Assembly: GCF_025526975.1 (NCBI RefSeq) | Contig: NW_026515673.1 | Coordinates: forward strand, 496,001 to 560,000 | Length of the DNA: 64,000 bases | Source of the DNA: Fimicolochytrium jonesii | Taxonomy: Eukaryota | Direction of reading: 5' to 3' | Part shown: positions 1 through 9,555 of the stretch, piece after piece | How the letters are laid out: every line of letters starts with the position of its first letter | Numbering within the stretch: the stretch's first letter is position 1 | Made by a program: the position numbers and the translations under genes | The notes under the pieces: generated by a model | Databases searched by the model: none | Told to the model about the DNA's origin: nothing | The model's input: only the letters and a program-made list of their open reading frames with translations

Positions 1-176
1 TTCAGCGGCCTTGAAGACTTACCGCATCGGACTCGTTGCCAGTTTTGCCAGTAACACCAGGTCCTCTGACTACTTCTATATACTGTACATTGCCCTGCTG
101 CACAGCAACACCTCGGTCGCCTTGGTTTGAGGTCATTCCCGTCTCGTTCGGCCCTCGTTTATTCAGCGGAACCGTT

Positions 177-1967
177 ATGAGTGATACGATAACACTTGCG
201 TCTCAACGGCGGAAAGCCGCCGCCGATGGACCTCAGATAGCTAACGCCGTGGACTTGAAGGCTGGGAAACGTAATAGTTTACAGGCGACGGATAACAAAT
301 TCGTCAAGAAGACTTTAACGACGGTGTTTGTCGCGCTCCTGATCGACATTCTCGCCTTCACGATCATCTTGCCGCTGTATCCGAGAATATTAGAGCACTA
401 TGACAAAGTAGATGGCGGGGACAAGGTATACCTCTCTTGGCTACGCTCAATGTGCTATTCTCTTTGTGCGAACCTGACACATTCTCAAACGATCGTTAGA
501 CCTCGCTCTATTATCAAATGCACGGCCTCGTCCAACGCTTCCGCCAAAGCATCGGCGTCTCAGGCCAAGGCTTCGACATCATCCTCTTCGGCGGCGCCCT
601 CGGCTCGCTCTTCTCCTTTCTCCAATTCGTCAGCAGCCCTGTCATCGGCAAACTCAGCGACCGGTACGGCCGCCGGACGGTGTTACTGACCAGCATGATC
701 GGCAACGGCGTCTCGATGTTGCTATGGATCTTTTCGAAATCGTTTGGCGTGTTTGTGTGGTCGAGGATTATTGGCGGGTTGACGGAGGGGAATGTGCAGA
801 TGTCGATTGCGGTTATCTCGGATATCACGACTGCTGAGACGAGGTCGAGGGGGCTGGTATGTGCGCTTCAGATGTCTCACATTGTGTCGGTAATAAGCTG
901 ACCTCTGGGTCCGATGGACGTTTCTGCGAATCTAGGCCCTTGTTGGAATTGCATTCTCATTAGGCTTCACGGTCGGCCCACCCCTCGGCGCATACTTCAC
1001 ATCCATGGACATTGCGAAAGTGTTTCCCTTCCTGGAAGGCCTCCCGATAAACCAGTACTCTGGCCCGGCGCTGTTTGCATTCATACTCATCGTCATCGAG
1101 ACGGTCTATCTGGCCATCGCGTTACCCGAAACGAAAGGGTTCAAATCAGGTTCGACCCCGTCGGACACGGACATCGACTCGAGTCCAGCCACGCGACGAT
1201 CAACGCGTTTGGCGGAGAAGAGAGCCCTCAGCGAGTCGACGGAGAACCTCTCCATCGCTTCAGCTCCTTCAAGCGTAACCAAATCCGCCCCATCGCTATT
1301 ATCACCACGCACCCCACCCAAACTATCCCGCCTCAACACCCTCAGCCTAATCCACTTCCTCTTCCTCTTCTGCTTCTCCGGCCTCGAGTTCACCCTCACC
1401 TTCCTCACCCACGACCGCTTCGGGTTCTCCCACGCCCGGCAAGGCCGCCTGTTAGGCTTCATGGGCATCACATCCGCCTTCGTGCAGGGTGGGTACACGC
1501 GACGCGTGGCGCATAAACTCGTCTCGGAGCGCGGGATCGCCGCACAGGGCATGTTCGCTGCCGCGGTCGGGCTGGCGATCCAGGGCCTGCTGGCGTGGAG
1601 TGTCGGGTGGTTGTATGTTGGCGCGGCGTTTCTGGCGTTTACGAGTGGGACGGTTGTTACGGCGCTCACTGCGCTTGCGAGTTATGAGACGGGGCGGAGT
1701 GCGGATGGGGCTGAGTTTGGAAGTGAGGAGGATGACCGGGACGGCGCGGGGAAGCATAGCGGGTCGGTGTTGGGGAAGTTTAGGAGTGTGGGGCAGTTGG
1801 GCAGGTCGTTGGGGCCGATGTTTGCGTGTACGTGTTATTGGGTGCTGGGAAGCGCTGTGACGTATTCGGCGGTGGCATGTGGGATGCTAGCGATTGGGTT
1901 GATTACGTTGGGGTTTGTGCGTGCACGGCCGCTTGCTGGTGGTGAGGCGAGGAAGAAGAGGACGTAG
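177..1967 (+). CDS. Major facilitator superfamily transporter (MFSD10/tetracycline-efflux-like), 3 exons (177-425, 500-856, 936-1967)
   Basis: MFS motif A GKLSDRYGRR; N-terminal ALLIDILAFTIILPL; multiple TM segments; GT-AG introns 426-499 and 857-935 join the ORFs in frame. Confidence 0.88.
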
Positions 1968-2076
1968 AGATGGTAGAAGGTTACGCCCAAGGCCGTACGA
2001 TTTTGTATTTATTTCCATCATCAGTGTCTATCTACAATATTATCTGCCACATTCCACATGGATCATCTACATTGTT

Positions 2077-2407
2077 CTAGCATAGAGATTGCATCACATC
2101 ACATTAACGCGCAATGCACCACGCTCCACCTCTCATGCAGGGGGTTCGTAAGCGTTGGCGATCGGTTGTCAAGCGAGTGGTCGGTGGGCGGAAGCGAATG
2201 GTCGATTGGTGGTACCGATTGGTCGGTGGGCGCGAGCTGCTCGCTTCGGTCACTAGTGCTCGCGAAGAACTGCAGCTGAAGGGAGGATTGCGCCTCCGCA
2301 ATGTGGATCGCTTCTCTGTCATTTGCGAAGCGTTCGCTCTGGCTTTGCTCGCCGCAGACAGCCACGATCGCTCGCTTCGCTCGCTGCTCGCCACCGCTCC
2401 AACTCAC
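2077..2407 (-). repeat. Copy A of a dispersed structured element homologous to the long intron at 40704-40995; possibly an intron at the ERV1 stop codon
   Basis: 2342-2384 matches 40937-40979 at 35/43 nt by manual alignment; further colinear blocks and a conserved TTGCG..CGCAA hairpin; minus strand starts GTGAGT at 2407. The left boundary is uncertain. Confidence 0.6.
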
Positions 2408-3030
2408 TGCAAATCCGGAAAGCAGTCACTGCCAGCGCTTCCATCCCTCCACCTCTCATCGACCTTCGCACAATCAAACCTCGGCTTCCCCAACCGCTCA
2501 TTAACCTCATTATGGACCTCACACATCCATTTACTCAGCGCCTCCCTGCTCTCAACCGCAGGCGGGTGTCGAATCACCTCACGCGTCAGATGAGAAGCGC
2601 ATTCGCCGCACGGGTAGAAACGGGAGAGCGCCGAGACAAAATTGCGCATAGAGAGTTGTTCTGCGGGGGTTGGATGGGGCGGGTAGTAGGCTGCGAGGGT
2701 GTGCAGGAATGTCCAGGAGGAGTTCCCGAGGTCGGTTGAGTCGGGGGGGCAGGGGAACGGGGTGTAAGGGGTTGAAGGGTGTGGTTGTGGGGGGGTGCTT
2801 GTGGAGGGAGTTGATAAAGCGGGTGTGGGTCCCGAGGCGGCGGCGGTTGCTGCGGTGGCAGCAGTTGGGAGTGCGGAGGTGGACAAGTGCCCGCTCTTGT
2901 CCTTTTTGACTTTTGTGCGGCGGATGGTTTTGAAGTCGGTGCATACTCCGCAACTTTTGGCTTTGGGAGGACCTGGTGGGGCCGGCGAGGAGCCTGTGGC
3001 GGCGGAGGCTGAAGCGTGCGCTGCTGACAT
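2404..3030 (-). CDS. ERV1: FAD-linked sulfhydryl oxidase Erv1/ALR (mitochondrial intermembrane space)
   Basis: Shuttle CxxC (SCGVCTDF), CPPD..LGNSSWTFLHTLAAYYP, core CGECASH, WMCEVHNEVNERLGKP.FDC; probable ATG at 3030. Confidence 0.92.
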   Translation of the reverse strand: MSAAHASASAATGSSPAPPGPPKAKSCGVCTDFKTIRRTKVKKDKSGHLSTSALPTAATAATAAASGPTPALSTPSTSTPPQPHPSTPYTPFPCPPDSTDLGNSSWTFLHTLAAYYPPHPTPAEQLSMRNFVSALSRFYPCGECASHLTREVIRHPPAVESREALSKWMCEVHNEVNERLGKPRFDCAKVDERWRDGSAGSDCFPDLQ

Positions 3031-3687
3031 AGTGCGTTCCCCAGGGTTGGAAGAGCTATGGAGAGGAAGACAAGCAGTTCCGTTGTTATATGTCTCAATG
3101 TCGTGGAGAGCGGGAGAGGGGTTGCGTGCAATGGGAGCTTGCCGTCCAGCACTTCTTTTTGGACTTTCCGACCTTTCCGACTTTCCCGACGCGCTTGATT
3201 TGTCAACACAAGAGGCATAAGAGGCATCAGGGGCTCCCCTCAGGGGTTTTGTGGGGAACGAAGTTACCGTACGTCTGCTCCAACACAACCAGCCTTGGCC
3301 TCCACTTCGCTTCGCTTTGGGAGGTCCCTTCTGTTGATGCCTTTGGGAGGCCATTCGCGAGATTGGACTGCTGCGCCCCCTCTGAAATAAATCAGCGACC
3401 GCCGCGACGACTTCGATTTCAATTATGGGGGGGTGTCCCGATTTCGACAACGCGTAGGGAACTCCGCTCCCCAAGTCCCATGTCCCATCGCAGCGTGCAC
3501 ATTTGTGTTTTTGTTTGACATTGTGTTTGACATTCTCAGAACTTAGAAACCCCGACGCACAGCGCATCGGGGCAAGGTGTATACAGTGAAGCCTGACTTG
3601 ATATCTACTCTGGACATCATTTGTCTAGCTACACGCATCCTGCGAACGGCCGATGTCGTCCCCTACTTATCCTGCAGCTTTCTGGAT

Positions 3688-6600
3688 TCAAACAAAATCA
3701 TCTTCTCGGCCACCAGAGGTCGCGCCACCGCTACCATTTGACATGGGCATGGTATTTGTGTCCTGCGCCTTCTTTCTCGCGACGGCTTTGAAGTGGGCTT
3801 CCCACGTCGCATATGTCTCGGCGTCTTCCAGCTGGATGGAAACCGTCCGACGGCCATTGGCAGCGACCACGAAGAGCATAAAGTCCGCGGCGGCCTCCGG
3901 GTTCATCAGCGGGGTGAAAGCACCAGGGCCGACCGTTAAGGCCTCCGAGGATTCCTGCGAGGAGAGAGAGAAGAGTGCGAACATCAACAGACAGTCAGAG
4001 GAAACAAGGAAGTGCAAGCAGCTACCTTTGTATCACTCCCCGTCAAGATAATGATTACTCCTGCCCCGCGGGGTATGATGATCAACGTCGCTTTGTAGCT
4101 TTCCCAAACGCTCATCATCTTCCCCCTATGAACGGCGACCGGTATGTTCTGCGTCAGCATCGCGTTGAGCGTGTTAGGCCTGATGTTCCCAGAGCCCTTG
4201 TTCAACGAGCCCTTGCGGAAGCTCATCATTTTCTGACCGGTGGCGGACTTGGGCTGCGAGGTAATCTCGCTGCCAGTATCGCCGCTCGCGTTCTTGCGAT
4301 CTGTGTACGCTCGGACCAAACGAGTCGCAAACAAGATGATTGGCAAGCCGACCGCCGCGAGGATAATCATGGCGAAGAGGACGCCCCATTTGAAGTCGAT
4401 ATCGATATCGAGGTACCCAATCGCGATGGCTAGCGCGGAGCAGACTAGGATGTTGTAACTGGCCCATGAGATGTACTGCGTCTCGGAGAAGTCTTCCTGG
4501 AGGTTGCGGTTCAGGAACCCGATGCACACATTGGCGATCAAAAGCGCTGCGTTGTAGAGGATCAAAAGCCCGGAAAATGCGCCTTGCACTGCGAGCTTGG
4601 GCGAGCTGCACGCTGCGTAAGTCTTGCCGCTGCCGGAGGTCGTCAGGAGTTTGGTGGGCGCGCTCACACCCGTCCAGATGGCGAGCAGGATCCATTCACC
4701 CAGCAAAATGAAGGCGAGTTGCTGGGCCATGTACGTAAAGTTGAGGCCTTGGCTACGGAGGCGAGGGTTGTTGAAGATACGGTAGACACGGAGATTCTTG
4801 ACAAACACACATCTAAGGGAGCATGATGAGTTAGCGAAAGCGTGAAGAAAAGGGGAATGGTCTCGCGCTGATAAGGTCCTACCCGACGGAGAGCCCAAAC
4901 CCCGTGGCAAGCAACCACATGGAAGACGTGCACTTGCCAGTGCTGAGATCAAACTGCTGAAGGAGCGTAGATGCAACGACGAACATGCTGCCAACCAGGA
5001 CTCCGCTGGACAGAGCCGGACTAGCCTTGCGGATGATAGGCTCGCCTTGGGCCACAACCAGACCGGCGCCGAGTAAGCCGACAACAGCGAGCCCAATACC
5101 ACCAAGTGCTCTGACCGCCGAACGTGACGACGGAGTCACCTCGGTCCCTTTGAAGTAATTCGCGCAGTAGCCGACGGTGATCCCAATCCCATCGTCGCAA
5201 CTAGCGCATCGAATTGCACCGGTCCTGTCGGCATACGTGCCGAGAGGACACGCAGAGCAGATTGCCGTGCTGGCAGCGGGAGCATGGGAGTTTGCAGGGC
5301 AAGGCTGGCAAACGCTCCCAGCGCTCATCATCCCGGATGGCATGCGGGTGTACATGTTACCATCGGCGTTGAACGCATAGCCTGGCGGGCACGCCCACGT
5401 TCGGTTCTTCTGGCCGATGTGCACGACCTGCGTCGACGGGATGGTAGATCCCTCGAGAAGGGAACCGACATGGTACATGGCGATGTACCCGTTCGTGTAG
5501 GGAGTGGTGTCAACCGCGCCCAGCATCTTGCCTTGCGTGATGGCCTCCATGACGCTCACGCTCATGCCGATGCTGTAGACATACTTTGGACGAGCGATGG
5601 TGGGTGTCGTGTCAAGCATAGCAAAAAGGGAGGTACACAGCTCGGGCATCGTACAGAGGATTCCGTCGTATACCGTGCCTTGCATCTTTGACTTTAGGAG
5701 AGCCTGCGCGTTCTCGAGCGAGGTGGGGGTGTACAACTCGGCCGCGGTAACACCCTTCACCGAGCTGTAAGTTGAGACGAAACCGGCACACCTGCGCGCG
5801 TACGAAGGACCAGCTGCGCTAGGACCGACGCAAAGCGGTTTGGTGGCTCCAGCTTCGATCATCATCTGCGCAGCTTGCATACCGACTTGCCCATCGTCAA
5901 CTCCAATGTATTGCGCGACATGGGCGTTAGCGTTAGCGTCAGTGGCCCCCGAGCTGCCGATCACAAAGTACGGGATGGGGTTCACCGCGCCAGCGGCTAG
6001 CGTGGCAGCTCGATCAACGAATTGCTGGTCCAAGTAGCTTGTAATGAGGGCGGCCGGGCACGTACTGGGCGTTGCGGCACACGACGTGAAGATCGTTTCC
6101 AGAGCGGCGTACGTGGTCGCGTTGTTAAACGAAGTGCCGGTGGGGGTCACAGTCAGGTCGTAGTTCCACTGTCCCGCCGCGTCGGTCAGACCAGCGATGA
6201 CGTTGACCTGGTGGGCGATGAAGGTTGGGTCCTTGCTGCCTTCGTGGAACAGCGCGTACACTTTGCGGCGGGTGCCGAGGGTGAAGGAGCTGATGGCCTC
6301 GACAGCAGAGACGCGGTCGGCTCGCTCCTTCGAGGATACAGTGCTGTCTACTACGAAGGGCCCACTGGCGATGAGATAGTCGCTTACTGTTTCGTTAAGC
6401 GCCAGGTGGGTGAACATGTAGAGGATCGACATGAAGCCTGCGATACAAAAATGGCCAGGTCAGTGAGATCCACATGGGTCGCTGGAGCCTTAGGGACGGA
6501 CAAGCACCTTGGATGAAGGGCTGCTGGCCCTCGGCAATGACCAAGTTCATGCCGGTGCTGGTAATCGGCGCATCCAGTTCAGCACGGACATTGGTGTTAT

Positions 6601-7799
6601 AGTCGTCGCATCCCACGTAAATGTTACGTGGGTTGGCCATCATGGCGATCCCGGCCTTGACGTTTGGGATCAGAGCCGCCTGGGTGAGAAACAAAGCGTC
6701 GACCGTTGGGTGTGCGTCCAGGTAAGTTGCCAGGTTTCGAGATTCTGTATGATGTTCGCATGTTCGTGAAGCTATGGCTAGAGTGCCAAGGACAGATTGA
6801 TTGCTAGAGATCACACAAATACTTACGAGCAACATTCGCCGTGGAAGTCACAGGACTGTTATCGACCTCAACCAAGATCACTGTATCACTCACGGTGATG
6901 TCGGCGTTGAATTTCAGGTTCTTCCCCGTAACCGCATTGTATCCGTCCAATGCACCCGTGCAGCGCTGGACGGCGTAGGTCGCATCAAGGTTGAGCGTGA
7001 TGCACATCGGGTTGTGCACGTTGTAGGGGTTGCTGCCCAGGGCCTTGCCGAGAGCGACTCCTCTGGATGAATATGCAGATGTGAGAGCAAGTCCTCACAT
7101 GGAGTGCAGAGAATGCAACTCACCCTTTGTAAAGGTCTTCAGCGACGGCAGCAATGGTGCCAATGGGTTTTATCTCGTCATATCCATTGTTGTAAGAACC
7201 AATGGCAGCGCCACCTTGAGCGGCGGCCGTCAAGAGAGGAAGAGTGATAGCCTGAGTGTGAAGCGTGGAGATCAATCCCATGCTGTGAGCGGCGATCGCA
7301 TCGCGGATCTGCTGGGGTAGTGTTCCTTGTCCATCCGGGGATGAGGTGGGCAGAGCGCCGAGTAACGTCACGTTGAGCAACCTGATTGATGGGTGGTGAC
7401 CATCAGTGGACGTGCCGAGGGCCAAGTCGAGCTTTGCTTGTCATTGAACCTACTTTGCAACGATATGGGCCGAATTCTGAATGATGACGAAGAGAGAGTC
7501 GCTGGCATCGGCTGCGTCCATACAAGAGGTAGATGTATGAGGTTGTGGAAGATGTGAATAGTGAGCGACCAAGTTCAACTCACCAAAGTAGGCCATGGAG
7601 ATGTTCATCTTTGGGCGGTCTACAAACACCCGCTGGTAAACAGCAGCCTGAACCTGAGGAGCATTGCTGCACGAGACTAAAACAGAGCGAGGTGTCAGTG
7701 TATGTACCCCAGGACGCATTGCAGTCATGCCGAAACGGAGTTACCCAGTTCAATGATAGCAGCCCAGACAAAGATCAAAGCTCCTACGAGTCCTCTCAT
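3688..7799 (-). CDS. Class C (GABA-B/mGluR-like 7tm_3) GPCR with two tandem type I periplasmic sugar-binding domains, a Cys-rich linker and a C-terminal PH-like region; multi-exon
   Basis: Signal-peptide-like MRGLVGALIFVWAAII; PBP motifs GATKPLCV..RRCAGF, AEGQQPFIQG, AVDTTPYTNGY; CQPCPAN..CSACPLGTY; 7TM hallmarks PIIRKASP, KNLRVYRIFNN, RNLQEDFSETQYI. Confidence 0.8.
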
Positions 7800-8328
7800 C
7801 GTAGAGATGTGCTTCTGTGCTAAGTGTTTAGCAAGATGCTGGTGTTCAAGACAGATGTCTGAGTAGGTATGAAAGTCTAGGTGTCTGAGCGGGAATGGAA
7901 CTGGGGGCACACGGCGGAGTGGGACCTGTTCACTACCGCCCGCCCCTTTTTATGCTCTGCATCACATCCTAGCAGCGACAACACAACAAACATGCGCCCC
8001 TCGAAAAAGCGTATGTACATAGTGTAGGCAGAAGGCGGAGCAGAAAACTGTCGATCTAGAAGTCGGCATTCAGAGCCAAGGGCGAAGAAACGCTTATGTA
8101 AGCCAACTGGCATAATCCGACAGCGCGGAAAACGTCTCCTGCGTCCAGAATGACCCGAGCCACAGAACCCTTACTTCTTTGTTTGGCTCGGCGATATCTT
8201 TGCGTTCTAGAACGTCGTTTCCGGTGCTCCGTTTGATGGAAAATTATTGACAGCAACTTGAATTGTCAGGGCCGTGATTTCGTCGATCTTTTCGCTCTGG
8301 AAGATTGTAAAGGTTAGACCCTGAATCC

Positions 8329-8364
8329 TGAAGCTTGTGATGAAGCTTGTGATGAAGCTTGTGA
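8329..8364. repeat. Perfect tandem repeat (TGAAGCTTGTGA)x3, intergenic
   Basis: Read directly from the sequence. Confidence 0.9.
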
Positions 8365-8833
8365 ACATTCCACCATACGATTATTACGTAATCACCGGTG
8401 TACTGTACAGTATGTATGTACAAGACTAAACCCATGCCCCTCGGCACTGTATGGGGTTAACTACGCAGTTGGTCGGACGCAGCAGGTTTTAATGCCATGT
8501 CGGGCGAAGCTCTAGCGAGTAGCATGACAAACAAGAGCCCCAAAGTTACCGTTCCCATATGATTCTCATAAATGCCCATCGGTTGCTAACCGTGTGCGTC
8601 GGAGGTCTCCGAGCGGAGCTTCAGGGGTCGTACGGCGAATCGGCGATAATCCTTGAAGGACTCGGGACAACGCGTCCCAGGGTGGTGTAAAAGCAAGGAA
8701 ATTGCAACGGGATGTGAGCGCGCCGCACGTAGCCCAGACACCTCCAGCCAGACACCTAACCCACAAACTCGCCAAACTCGCGGCCCTGCGTGATCTGCTG
8801 CTGACATTCAGCACCAGAAAAACGCTGATCACA

Positions 8834-9430
8834 ATGGCAACCTCATCACCAACTCTCCTCAACCTCTCTTTCGAGGTCTTCGGCAAAGTTCAAGGTGGGT
8901 CACAGATCCTCCCATCTTGACCTTAACCATCCAAGCCAACCTACCCGTCCCACCTACCCGCGCAGGAGTCTTCTTCCGAAAATACACAGTAGAAAAAGCC
9001 ACCCGACTCGGGATCGTTGGATGGGTGCGCAACACGGACAGAGGCACTGTCGAGGGGGTCGGGCAGGGGACTAAAGGTCCGGTCGGTCAGTTCGCCGTCT
9101 TGGTGTAGAATAGGCAGGCAGGGACTTATGTTGTTATTGAAATCTTTCTTAGATGCTTTGGAGACGTTGTAAGTGGTCAAACTTTCAGGTTCCTGCTTGG
9201 CGAACTTATGTTCTGAGCTTTTCCGGGACGGATATTGGGCAGCAAGCAGGATCTAAAGGTACGGTGACCTGCTTTTCATTCTGGTACAGCCGGATACGCA
9301 TATAAACCCCTCACCCGAGCAGAAAGGCTCACCGCAGTCCACAGTCGAGCGCGTGGACATCAAAGAGGAAAACCCGATAGACGCAGTCACGTTTCCAGAT
9401 TTTGAAAAGCGGAAGAATGTACGGCGTTGA
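8834..9430 (+). CDS. Acylphosphatase, 5 exons including two 16-nt micro-exons (9153-9168, 9243-9258)
   Basis: FEVFGKVQGVFFRKYT, GWVRNT.RGTVEG; the spliced product continues DALETFKQDLKKGSPQSTVERVD..FPDFEKR. Confidence 0.88.
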
Positions 9431-9555
9431 GATGTGTAGAGTTATAGCAGCATGGGGGTGTAGATAGGTGGTTATGTGCGCGGGGGTATGTCTGACTAAC
9501 CTATGTATGTAGAGATGCTATCTACAGAAAGAGAACTATCGCCGTGTTCATAATT

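Noticed and set aside
2114..2593. Plus-strand ORFs over the repeat element and ERV1 antisense
   Set aside because: Low-complexity shadow frames with no recognisable domain
3031..3567. 5' extension of the 387-aa ORF upstream of ERV1
   Set aside because: No Erv1-like content; the ATG at 3030 gives a normal-sized protein, so this is likely UTR/promoter read-through
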